Shown one piece after another: positions 10,707 through 22,219 of a DNA stretch of 64,000 nucleotides. Position 1 is the stretch's first letter. Each line of letters starts with the position of its first letter. The notes under the pieces are model-generated. The model was not told the origin of the DNA. It searched no databases and saw only the letters and a program-made list of their open reading frames with translations. The stretch lies in assembly GCA_963747235.1 (NCBI GenBank), contig CAVVEU010000013.1, forward strand, positions 160,001-224,000, given 5' to 3'. This DNA is from an uncultured Candidatus Rokubacteria bacterium (lineage in GTDB: Bacteria > Methylomirabilota > Methylomirabilia > Rokubacteriales > CSP1-6). A program made the translations under genes and the position numbers.

Positions 10707-11744
10707 TCACGCGATGCGCCGGATCCCCGCCTCGTCATCGCGCGTCCAGCCGAGCGCGGGGGCCACCACCTCGGCGACCAGCTCGATCGAACGGATGATG
10801 AAGGGATGCGGCGGGTCGATCGAATGCACCTGGACCGTGAAGTCGGTCGAGCGGGCGAGCGCGCTATCCGCCTGGAGCGAGGCGATCACATCGGCCGGTG
10901 TGCCGAGATGAACGTTGAAGGCGCCGATCAGGTCGCCGACCGTTGCGCTCCCGGTCGCGCGGCCCGACCTGGCGAGACGCGCGCGATGACGCTCCAGCCC
11001 GGCTTCGGCGAAGCGCTGCGCGTCGTCGCGGTCATCGGCCACGAACACGGTGCGCGAGGCGAGGATGCGCGGCTCGCGGTCCTCGGGCAGCGCCGCCAGA
11101 TAGGCATCGATCATCGGGTTCTGGATCTCGGCCAGCGACATGTCGGGCGCGTCGGCCGGTCGTGGCTGCGCGCGCGACAGCATCAGGCCGTCCCCCGCCG
11201 CACCGGCCCGCCTGGCCCCGTCCATCGTGAACGTCGCCTGCCAGATGCGCTCGCCCAGGTGCGGAGTCGACGGATACAGCCGGTCGCCGCCGGCAAGCGG
11301 CCGCCCGGCCCAGGCGTCGCGCAGGACCTGGAGGTGCCCGGCGAGCAGCGTCCCGCGCTCGGCGCTGTCCAGGCCGAACGCGGCGAATGCGGACAGGTTG
11401 CCCCCCGGCCCGACGCCCACCTCCAGACGGCCGCCGGACATCAGGTCGAGCACCGCGGCGTCCTCGGCCACCCGGATCGGCAGCTCCAGCGGCAGGGTCA
11501 CGATCGCCGTTCCAAGGCGGATCCGCGATGTCTGCGCCGCGACCTGCGCCAGGAAGACGAACGGCCCGGGCAGGCCGCCTTCGTCTTCGTGGAAATGGTG
11601 CTGCGCGACCCAGGCCGAATCGAACCCAAACCGCTCGGCGTGGATGATCTGCGCGGTCGCCAGGCGGTAACGCTCGGCGGGGTCCGCCTGATCGAGCAGG
11701 CGCGTGAAGAAGCCCAGGCGCTTCGGCAGCTTTGCGGTCGTCAT
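10707..11744 (-). CDS. Putative FMN-dependent luciferase-like monooxygenase (KPN_01858-like)
   Basis: KRLGFFTRLLD, WVAQHHFHEDEGGLP, RIWQATF, GDGLMLSR, QVHSIDPPH; co-located with the two CMD proteins typical of this family. Confidence 0.85.
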   Translation of the reverse strand: MTTAKLPKRLGFFTRLLDQADPAERYRLATAQIIHAERFGFDSAWVAQHHFHEDEGGLPGPFVFLAQVAAQTSRIRLGTAIVTLPLELPIRVAEDAAVLDLMSGGRLEVGVGPGGNLSAFAAFGLDSAERGTLLAGHLQVLRDAWAGRPLAGGDRLYPSTPHLGERIWQATFTMDGARRAGAAGDGLMLSRAQPRPADAPDMSLAEIQNPMIDAYLAALPEDREPRILASRTVFVADDRDDAQRFAEAGLERHRARLARSGRATGSATVGDLIGAFNVHLGTPADVIASLQADSALARSTDFTVQVHSIDPPHPFIIRSIELVAEVVAPALGWTRDDEAGIRRIA

Positions 11745-12011
11745 CGTCGCTTTCCCGCGCACCCCCGAGACAGTGTCCGAGATCCGCCGGGCCACCGCAA
11801 GGGGCGTGGGTGGAGGGCGGGATCGTGGGCGAGCGCGATGCCCCTCGTGCAGCTCGATGCGTAACCACGACAACCCGGCTCACGGAACCGAAACCATCCC
11901 GCCTGCATCATAAGTCGTGCGCCCCAGGGAGGGCGCGGAATGGAATAGCGTTCTTCGCGGTCCGGATCCGCGCGGCCTTCAGGTCACTACGGTAAGAGGG
12001 GGGATGGATTC

Positions 12012-12842
12012 ATGGCGACAACCTCGCAAGGCAGGGCGCTGATAACGGGGGCATCCTCCGGAATCGGCGCGACCTATGCCGATCGGCTGGCCCGGCGCGG
12101 GCACGATCTGATCCTCGTCGCCCGCAATCGGGAGCGGCTCGCCGCGCTGGCGACGCGCCTCGCCGATGACTTCGGTCGCTCGGTCGAGGTCGTCGTCGCC
12201 GACCTGAACGACCGGGCGGATCTCGCCCGGGTGGAGCACGTGCTACGCACCGACGCCGCCATCACCGTTCTCGTCAACAACGCGGGCGTCGCCATGAGCG
12301 GCGACCTGGCCACCGCCGATCCCGGTGAGCTCGAGCGCATGATCCAGCTCAATATCCTGGCGCCGTCCCTGCTGGCGCGGGCGGCGATTCCCGGATTTCT
12401 CGCGCGGAACCGGGGGACCCTGATCAATATCAGCTCGGTCCTGGCCCTCGCGCCGGAGATGTTCAATGGCAGCTACAGCGGCACCAAGGCCTATCTGCTC
12501 AATCTGAGCTTGAGGTTGCAGCAGGAGGTCGGCGGCAAAAAAGGCGTCCGCGTGCAGGTGGTGCTGCCGGGAGCGACCCGGACCGCGATCTGGGAGAAGG
12601 CCGGCACGGCCATCGCGGCCCTGCCGCCGAGCATCCTGATGGGCGTGGACGACATGGTGGATGCGGCGCTCGTCGGACTAGACCGCGGTGAGCGCGTGAC
12701 CATTCCTTCCCTTCCGGACATGGCCGACTGGGAGGCATACGAGGCGGCGCGGCAGAAGATGCTACCGAACCTGTCGCGCAGCGTTCCGGCCGTGCGCTAT
12801 GGCGCCGCCCCGCCGGGGACCCCTGCGCGTGGAGGGAGCTGA
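12012..12842 (+). CDS. Short-chain dehydrogenase/reductase (SDR)
   Basis: TGASSGIG, NNAG, YSGTK catalytic motif. Confidence 0.9.
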   Translation: MATTSQGRALITGASSGIGATYADRLARRGHDLILVARNRERLAALATRLADDFGRSVEVVVADLNDRADLARVEHVLRTDAAITVLVNNAGVAMSGDLATADPGELERMIQLNILAPSLLARAAIPGFLARNRGTLINISSVLALAPEMFNGSYSGTKAYLLNLSLRLQQEVGGKKGVRVQVVLPGATRTAIWEKAGTAIAALPPSILMGVDDMVDAALVGLDRGERVTIPSLPDMADWEAYEAARQKMLPNLSRSVPAVRYGAAPPGTPARGGS

Positions 12843-12903
12843 TGAAGTCCGACCGAAGAGATCTACCAGAGATGGCCGTCCACGGCGTATCCATCCGGCC
12901 ACG

Positions 12904-12932
12904 TTGACCGGCCCCCGGCCTCCCGCTATCGT
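12904..12932 (+). promoter_or_regulatory. Sigma-70-type promoter, probably leaderless, for Uma2 gene 1
   Basis: TTGACC-17 nt-TATCGT, then 6 nt to ATG 12939; no Shine-Dalgarno. Confidence 0.6.
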
Positions 12933-12938
12933 GGACCC

Positions 12939-13511
12939 ATGCAGGTCCCGCTCACTCCGAGGCGCTGGCGGCGGGCGGAATACGACCGGCTCGTGAGTTT
13001 CGGGGCGTTCCAGGGCGAGCCTCTCGAGCTGATCGGTGGGCAGCTCATCGTCGCCGAGCCTCAGGGCTCGTATCACGCCTCCGCGATCACCCGGGTCGAC
13101 TACGCGCTGCGGGCCATCCTGCCTCCGGGGTGGATCGTGCGCCTCCAGGCGCCCGTGTCGCTTGACGACGAATCGGAGCCCGAGCCTGATGTGGCCGTTG
13201 TGCCGGGATGGCCCGGGGACTATGGCGACGCCCATCCCACGCACCCGGCGCTGCTGGTCGAGGTGGCGGAATCCAGCCTCGAGCTCGATCGTGTCCGCAA
13301 GGGCAGCCTCTACGCGCGCGCCGGCGTGGCCGACTACTGGATCGTGAACCTCGTCGAGGGCGTCGTGGAGGTATACCGGGACCCGGTGCCGGCCGCTTCG
13401 GCCGCCTTCGGTTATCGGTATCGCACGGTCACGCGGCTGGCGGCCCCGGCCGATCTCATCCCGCTCGCGTTCAGCGGCGGGCCCATCCCGGTGGCCGACC
13501 TCCTGCCGTAG
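12939..13511 (+). CDS. Uma2 (DUF820) family putative restriction endonuclease-fold protein
   Basis: ELIGGQLI, EPEPDVAVV, LLVEVAESSLELDRVRKGSLYARAGVADYWIVNL. Confidence 0.9.
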   Translation: MQVPLTPRRWRRAEYDRLVSFGAFQGEPLELIGGQLIVAEPQGSYHASAITRVDYALRAILPPGWIVRLQAPVSLDDESEPEPDVAVVPGWPGDYGDAHPTHPALLVEVAESSLELDRVRKGSLYARAGVADYWIVNLVEGVVEVYRDPVPAASAAFGYRYRTVTRLAAPADLIPLAFSGGPIPVADLLP

Positions 13512-13567
13512 CGATCGCGGAGCCGGCCCGCGGGCGGTGATAAGATCCCGCCCAGGGAGGCCTGGCC

Positions 13568-14667
13568 ATGGTGACGCTGCTGACGGAGTCGGGTGAGCAC
13601 GAGGTGACGGGAGCGGAGCCCTCGACCGGGGCGCTCTGGGTTTCCGCGAAGGACGCGCTCCGGGCCACCGGCTGGGAGGCGAAGCCCGAGGGCCTCTGCA
13701 AGGGCGAGATCTGCGTGCCGCTGCCCGCGGGACGCGACCGTGAGTTCGTGGCTGATGGGCGGATCAACCTGGCCACGCTCTGGCGCCATCTCGGCCAGCC
13801 GGCGGTGCGGAGCGAGCGCGGCCACGCCTGGGTGCTGAGCGAGAGCGCGCGGGAGCGGAAAGCGGCCCTGGCCTCGCTCGAGGCGCCCGACTTCGCGCTG
13901 CCCGACCCATCGGGGCGCATGCACCGGCTCTCCGACTACCGCGGCAAGAAGGTCTTCCTCGTCACCTGGGCCTCCTGGTGAGGCTGCCGTCGCGACCTGC
14001 CCGGGTGGCAGGCGCTCCAGGAGGAGCTGGCGGGCCACAACTTCATGGTGATCGCGGTGGCGATGGATAGCCGCGAGGGCGATCCACTGCCGTGGATCGA
14101 CGCGGCGAAGCCGACCTATCCCACGCTGATCGACCGCGAGCACCGGCTGGCCGAGCTCTACGGCATCGTGAACGTGCCGCAGGCGGTGTGGATCGACGAG
14201 GCCGGGCGCATCGTGCGACCGGCCGAGCCCGCCGGCGCCTACGAAGGCTTCCGCCAGATGAACCGCGCCACCCGCGAGATGCCGGAGGAGGTGGCGCGGC
14301 GCACCGCGCAGGCGAAGGCCCTCTACCTGGACGCGATCCGCGACTGGGCGCGAACGGCGAGCGCAGCGCGTACGCGTTCACCCCCGAGCAGGCGCGCGCG
14401 CATCTGCCCGCGGTGACCGAGGACGCGGCGACCGCGCAGGCCCTGTTCCGGCTCGCCCAGTTCCTGATTCGGCACGGCGAGCAAGCGGAGGCGGAGCGCT
14501 GGATCCGCGAAGCCAGCCGGCTCCATCCCGACTCCTGGTGCATCTGGCGCCAGGGCGCCGGCGTGACCGAGCTGGGCCTGGCCGCCCAGCCGGACTTCTG
14601 GCAGCGCGTGGACGGGCTCGGCGCCAAGCGCTACTACGCGCCGGTGGACATGCCGGGCATGCCGTAG
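13568..14667 (+). CDS. Selenocysteine-containing redoxin (TlpA/ResA-like, WAxxUGC motif) with N-terminal extension and helical C-terminus; UGA at 13979 read through, frameshift near 14350
   Basis: APDFALPD...LSDYRGKKVFLVTWASW-TGA-GCRRDLPGWQAL...VIAVAMD continues in frame as a thioredoxin fold; UGA occupies the redox-Cys position. Confidence 0.8.
13992..14015 (+). promoter_or_regulatory. Bacterial SECIS-like hairpin
   Basis: GCG-A-CCTGCC[CGGGT]GGCAGG-CGC: 6-bp perfect stem plus 3-bp extension; G-containing loop begins 20 nt after the UGA. Confidence 0.65.
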
Positions 14668-14674
14668 CGTCGCC

Positions 14675-15733
14675 GTGAAGAGCCCGCTGTTCGGCCTCAA
14701 CCGCTTCGACTCACGCTCGGTGGACGCGTTCGCGGCCGACGTGCGTCGCGCCGAGCAGCTCGGCTGGGACGCGGCGCTCCAGCCCGACTCCCAGCTTCGC
14801 CGCCGCGACACCTACGTGCTGCTCGCCGCGGCCGCGCGGGCCACCGAGCGCATCACGCTGGGCCCGCTGCTCGCCAATCCGGTGAACCGGCATCCGACCG
14901 TGACCGCGTCCTCCATCGCGACGATCGACGAGCTGGCGCCCGGCCGCGTGCTGCTGGGCTGGGGTGTGGGCGACACCGCGGTGCGCCTGGCCGGGCTCAA
15001 GCCGGCGCGGGTGGCCGAGCTGGAGGCGGGCACGCGGCTCATGCGCGCGCTGCTCGCGGGCGAATCCGTCGAGGTCGGCGCGGCGCGCCCGGCGCGGCTG
15101 CCGCATCATCGGCCGGTGCCGGTGTGGATCGCGGCGGGCGGGCCGAAGACCCTGCGGATGGCGGGCGGGGTCGCCGACGGCGTCTTCATCCGGGTCGGGC
15201 ACGCATCCGGCCAACATCGCGACCGCGGTCGAGCGCGATCCGCGCCGGCGCCGCGGCGGCGGGCCGCGATCCGGCGTCCGTGAAGCTCGGCGCCATCTTC
15301 CACACCGTGCTGGTGGACGAGCCGGCCCGCGCGCTGACCATGGCGCGGTCCATGGCGGCCGGCTACTACGAGTACTCGCCCGCCCTCTTCGATCCGCCCG
15401 CGCTCACGTGGACCGGGCCCGATCCCGAGCGGCTCAAGCACGATCGCGGCGTGTGGCCCGATTTCCACCACGCGCCCGATCTCGAGGCCAGCGGCAAGGT
15501 CGTGGACTTCCTCCCGACCGCCGCCGCCGACGCCTTCAGCCTGCGCGGCGGGACCGGCGAAGTGGCCGAGCGCCTGCTCGCCGCGCTGCGCGCCGCGCCC
15601 GCCACCTTCGACCACGTCGTGCTGCACCCGATCCCGGACCCGAAGTGGCCCGCGGACCCGGAGCAGCGACTACACGGCCCGCATCGCCCGCGAGGTCCTG
15701 CCCCGCGTCCGCAAGGAGCTGGAGACGCGCTAG
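14675..15733 (+). CDS. LLM-class flavin-dependent oxidoreductase (frameshifted)
   Basis: RAEQLGWD, ATERITLGP, NPVNRHPTVTASSIATIDELAPGR, VPVWIAAGGPKTLRMAGGVADG. Confidence 0.8.
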
Positions 15734-16590
15734 CCCAGCTGCTTGTGGACGAACTCGATGATCCGCGAGATCGTCCGCCGCGCCGCCTCGGGCTTCTTGC
15801 TGATGTAGCCCTCGGCCTCGCCCTCGATCAGCTCGAGATCCACCTGGCCGCCGATCTTCCGGTACTGCGCCACGAAGCGGTCCAGATCGGGGCGCGGGTG
15901 CGCCATGTCGCGCGAGCCCTGGATGTAGACCACCGGCGGCGTCTCGACGGCCTCACCGCGCTCCAGCGCGAGCGTCGGGTTGCCCTCGGCCATGGCCTCC
16001 TCGGTGCGCCAGTACGCGTCGTGGCCCGGCAGCACGCGATCCACCACGTCCGGATACGGAGCGCCGCCGGCCTTGAGCGCCTTGGCGTAGCGGTAGCGCG
16101 AGAGCGGATCGATGACCGGCCAGCAGAGCACCGCGCAGCGGACGCTGCCGTCGATGGCGGGAGAGCCGGCGGGCAGGGGCAGGGCCGCGTACTTGGGATC
16201 GCGCGGCTTCATGGCCAGCAGCATGGCCTGGTGCGCGCCGCTCGAGGCGCCCATGAGCCCGACCTGGTCCGCGTTCCCGTGGAACTCCGCCGCGTGGCTC
16301 TTGAGCCAGCGGACCGCGTAGCTGATGTCCACCAGCGAGGCGGGATAGGAGGCCTCCGGCGGCTGGCGGAAGTCGAGCGCGGCCACGACCACGCCGCTCC
16401 GGGCCAGCGGCTCGTTCAGGATCGTGTCGTTCGTCCGATCGCCGCGGCTCCAGGCCCCGCCGTGCATCTCGACGATCATGGGGAAGGGGCCGTCTCCCCG
16501 GGGCACGAACATCCGGGCCAGAAGGGGCTGGTCCCCGTGCCGGAGGTACTCCACGTCCCGGACGTCGATCTCGTATCCCATGGTCGCCAT
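15730..16590 (-). CDS. Alpha/beta hydrolase (HSL-like esterase fold)
   Basis: HGGAW oxyanion motif, LDFRQPPEASYP, GASSG nucleophile elbow. Confidence 0.8.
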   Translation of the reverse strand: MATMGYEIDVRDVEYLRHGDQPLLARMFVPRGDGPFPMIVEMHGGAWSRGDRTNDTILNEPLARSGVVVAALDFRQPPEASYPASLVDISYAVRWLKSHAAEFHGNADQVGLMGASSGAHQAMLLAMKPRDPKYAALPLPAGSPAIDGSVRCAVLCWPVIDPLSRYRYAKALKAGGAPYPDVVDRVLPGHDAYWRTEEAMAEGNPTLALERGEAVETPPVVYIQGSRDMAHPRPDLDRFVAQYRKIGGQVDLELIEGEAEGYISKKPEAARRTISRIIEFVHKQLG

Positions 16591-16695
16591 GGCAGCACTC
16601 CTTTGTGAGGGAGGGTCGGTGTCGGCGCGTATGATACACCCGGCCGGGGCGGTGCGGGGTTGCCAGCCGGGGCCGCGCGCCCCATACTTTTCGCG

Positions 16696-18550
<1,855 letters not shown>

Positions 18551-18561
<11 letters not shown>

Positions 18562-20367
18562 TCGCGGCGGTCGTCACCACCGGCTCGAGCCCGTACACGG
18601 TCTGCAGGTGCTCGCGGGTCTCGACCAGGGTCGTCGCCACGTAGCTCGCGCCCGCGGCCTCGAGATGGCGCCGCGCGGTGCCATCCTCTTCGCGTAACCC
18701 CCAGCGCCCCACGATGATCCGGAGCTCGGGAAAGCGCGCCCGGAGCCGCTTGCTCAGGTAGCGCGTGCGGGCCGCGAGGCCGCTCGCGGGGAGCGCGCCC
18801 AGGCAGATCACGGCCGGTTGCGTGCTCTCCACGAGCGCGATGACCTCCGAGGCCAGGAGCTGGGGCGAGGTCAGCTCGATCGTCCAGCACGCGGGGTCGA
18901 TGAGATGTCCCAGCATGATCAGCCCCAGCTCGTCTGCCTCGTCGCGCACCGGACTGGCGAGCATGTGAACCTGTCGGGCTCGGGCGCGCGGTCTCGGGCG
19001 GCCCCGCCCCGCCCTCGACATCCGCGGCGAGCTTCGCGGCGTGCCGCCGGGCGTGCAGGCCCAGGACGATCTCCCGGGTGGCGCTCCAGACGTAGCGCTC
19101 TTCCGCCTCCGGGAGCTGCTCGTTCCGCCGATCGCGCCGCGCGCGGCCGAGCGCGGGCAGGATGAGGTCGTCGTACACCGCCTCGAGGGGATGGTCCTTC
19201 GAGTACTCCTCGACGATGCGCGCGGCCTCGTCCGTGTCCTCGGCGAGCAGACGCTGGTAGTAGGCGATGTGCGGGGCGATGGGCGGCGCCTCGGCCACCA
19301 GGATGCCGACGAACTCCATGCCGGGTACGTGCTTGGCGAAGACGATCAGGCACACCGTGAGCGGGACAGCGAGGAGCAGCCCCACCGGGCCCCAGAGCCA
19401 GGCCCAGAAGGCGACCGAGCAGAGCAGCGCGACCTGGGAGATCTTCGTGCTCTGCACGTAGAGCAGGGGCTCCAGGAGCAAGGTGCAGAGCGCCTCGAGG
19501 AGCACGAAGACGCCGACCACGAAGAGCGGCTGGTGCCAGGTCGGGAAGGCGGCCAGCGCGAAGACGATCATGAGCAGCGCGGCCAGCCAGACGCCCACGT
19601 AGGGAATGAAGCGGAGCACCGCGGCCAGAAAACCCCAGAGCAGCGCGTAGGGGACTCCGAGCAGCAGGAAGCCGATCGCGATGCCGAGGCCGAAGCTCGC
19701 GTTGATGATCGACTGCATGAGGAGGTAACGGCTGATGCGATGCCCTGCCTCGTCGAGCGCGTGCGTCGTCGTGGCGAGCCGCCGGTACCCGACGAGCCGG
19801 ATCAGGCGATCCCGTAGCTCGGTCTGCTCGATCAGCATGAAGATGACGAGGACGATGACCGTGAACGCGCTGCCCATCCCCTCGATCAGGGTGGGAAGCT
19901 GCCAGAGACCGCTCGGCTCGGCGCGCACCACCACCGGGGCCGGCGCTCCACGGGCCGGGGCCGGGGCGGTGATGTCCTTCTGGAGCTCCTTGGTGACCTC
20001 GGTCACGGCCTTCTGCGCCTTCTCGAGCGCACCGCCGCGACCCATGCTCCGGACGTGCGCGATCTTGGCAATGAGGTTGTCGCGATAGCCCGGAATTCCG
20101 GTCGAGAGGAGGCCCAGCTCCACGGCGAGCACCCAAGCCGCCCCACCCAGCGTGGCGAAGAGCATCGTGACGACGATACCCACGGAGAGGGCGACGACCC
20201 AGCCCGAGGCGTGCGAGTCGCGCGACCACCGGGTGGACAAGGAACGTCAGCAGGATCGCCAGCGCGATCGGGATCAATACCCCGCGCGCGAGGTAGAGCG
20301 CGGCGATGGCCGCGATCAGGCCGGCCAACACCGCGATCGGTTTGACGGAGCGCGCCGGATCCGGCAC
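18551..20367 (-). CDS. AI-2E family transporter with C-terminal soluble (B12-binding-like) domain; frameshifted
   Basis: LYLARGVLIPIALAILLTFL, LRDRLIRL, LRFIPYVG, FWAWLWGPVGLLLAVPLTVC, YYQRLLA. Confidence 0.8.
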
Positions 20368-20382
20368 GAGAACTGAGAATAC

Positions 20383-20397
20383 GCAAGCGTGATGCCA
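20383..20397 (-). promoter_or_regulatory. Sigma-54 (-24/-12) promoter upstream of AI-2E transporter
   Basis: Minus strand TGGCATCACGCTTGC (GG-N10-GC, TGGCA...TTGC) in a lower-GC intergenic region. Confidence 0.7.
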
Positions 20398-20500
20398 CGG
20401 TCCGCACGAGACAACTGCCCAGAAACCTTAGAGGACCGTTCTACGCTCGGTAGTTTGTTCGCGGTAAATCGGACGCGGCTCGGGCGCCCGGGCCGAGCCT

Positions 20501-21556
20501 CTACGCGTGATGGTGGTGGTGCCCGTGCTGGTAGTGCGCGCGGAGGAGGTCGAGCCCGAAGTCGCGCCGGGGATCGTGCCAGACCGAGTGGATGTGGTTG
20601 GCGTTGTTCTGCGTGTTGTCGTACTCGATGAGCAGGGTCGGGCCGTGAAGGCGATAGTAGTGCGCGCGGCCCGCGTCGAGCGGCCCGGCCCAGGCGAAGT
20701 GCACGCGCTCGAGCCCGGCCTCGCGCATGCGCCGCAGCTCCTGCTCGGCCAGCTCGCTGCGCATGTTGCGCGCGTACTCCTCGACGAGCTTGGCGGCGAG
20801 GCTCCGCTGATCGCCCGTCATGTCCGCCAGCGGCAGGCCCGCCGGCGTGGCGAGGCTGTCGGCGCGGCCCGGGCCGGTGACGATGTCGCCGAGCGACTCC
20901 GCCGCGATGACGGTGCGGGCGCGCTGCGCCTCGCTCATGCTCTGGGCGAGCGCGCGGCCCAGATCCTGCTCGGCCGCGAGCGCGCGCTGGCCCTTCTTCG
21001 GCCCCGACGGCACCTCGGCGGGGTTCGCGCCCAGGAAGGCCGGAGTCATCGCCACCGGCTGGCCGGGCACCAGCGTGAAGTTGAGCGAAAGATGATGGCC
21101 CTCGACGCGCCAGCCCCAGGGCGCAGTCGCGCCCGGGTTGCCGAAGACGGTGAAGGCGTAGTTCTCAGGATCGCGCGAGAGGCCGAAGGTCTCGATCTGA
21201 CGAAGCACCGTTTCCAGTTGAATGACGTTGACGGCCTTCGTGTAGCCGACCGCGCTCAGGCTGGCCTTCATCAGCTCGTGGGCCGCGGTGCGGGCGGGCG
21301 CGGGCATCGTCTTGAAGGCCACGCCCTCGCGGCCGCGCGGCACGTAGTGCCAGTTGAGCCGCTCGCGGTCGCCGATGGGGAAGACGGCGCGCTTCCGCGC
21401 CTCCGCGGGGAGCGCGCCCAGGAACGCCAGCGCGGCGCCCGCCATGGCCGCCCGCGCCGCGTCGCTCGACTGGGCGAGCGACGGGCGGGGCAGCGCGCCG
21501 GCGGCCGCGCTCGCCGCCAGCCCGTGGAGCAGCCGGCGGCGGGTCAGGCGGGGCAT
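20501..21556 (-). CDS. DUF3500 domain protein, Tat-exported, His-rich C-terminus
   Basis: RRRLL Tat leader, WHYVPR, WGWRVEGHHLSLNFT, HYYRLHGPTLLIEYDNTQNNANHIHSVW. Confidence 0.85.
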   Translation of the reverse strand: MPRLTRRRLLHGLAASAAAGALPRPSLAQSSDAARAAMAGAALAFLGALPAEARKRAVFPIGDRERLNWHYVPRGREGVAFKTMPAPARTAAHELMKASLSAVGYTKAVNVIQLETVLRQIETFGLSRDPENYAFTVFGNPGATAPWGWRVEGHHLSLNFTLVPGQPVAMTPAFLGANPAEVPSGPKKGQRALAAEQDLGRALAQSMSEAQRARTVIAAESLGDIVTGPGRADSLATPAGLPLADMTGDQRSLAAKLVEEYARNMRSELAEQELRRMREAGLERVHFAWAGPLDAGRAHYYRLHGPTLLIEYDNTQNNANHIHSVWHDPRRDFGLDLLRAHYQHGHHHHHA

Positions 21557-21560
21557 GCGA

Positions 21561-22219
21561 TCAGGAATACTTGACGGTGCATCCGTAGGCGCGCGTGACC
21601 GGCGTCTTCACCGGCTGGCCGGCCGCGACCGCGTCGAGCGCGGCGCGCACGTAGTTGTTCGCGCCCTGCACATCCGCGCGGCGGGACGTCGGCCGGTCGT
21701 CGATGGCCCCGGCGTAGACGAGCAGGCCCGCCTTGTCCACCACGTACATGTGCGGCGTGTTGGTCGCGCCGTACAGCTTGCCGGCCGCGCCCTTGGTGTC
21801 GAGCAGGACCGCGGTCGGCGCCGCCTTGCGGGACGTCGTCAGCTCGTCGGCCTGCGGCGGCGTCACGTAGCCCTGCGTGCCCTCGCACCGAGGAGATCAC
21901 GGTGAGCCACACCACGCCCTGCCCGGTGGCGTCGCGCTGGAGGCCCTGCATGTTGCCGCTGTCGTAGTGCTTCCGCACGTAGGGGCAGTCGTGATTCGTC
22001 CACTCGAGCACCACGACCTTGCCCTTGTACGAGGCGAGGCTCACCGGCGAGCCATTGGTCGCGTTGACCGTGAAGCCGGGAGCGGCCTCGCCGACCTTCG
22101 CGGTGGCGGCCCACGCGGGACGCGGCGAGAACAGGGCGGAGGAGGCGGTGCCCGGCCAGGACGAGGCCGGTGCCGGTGCGGGTGAGGAAGCTGCGGCGGC
22201 CGATCAGCTCTGAGCTCAT
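21561..22219 (-). CDS. Tat-exported peroxiredoxin-like redoxin (PRX_like1/PrxL type); frameshifted
   Basis: GRRSFL leader, VLEWTNHDCPYVRKHY, YGATNTPHMYVVD, GAIDD, YGCTVKY. Confidence 0.8.
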
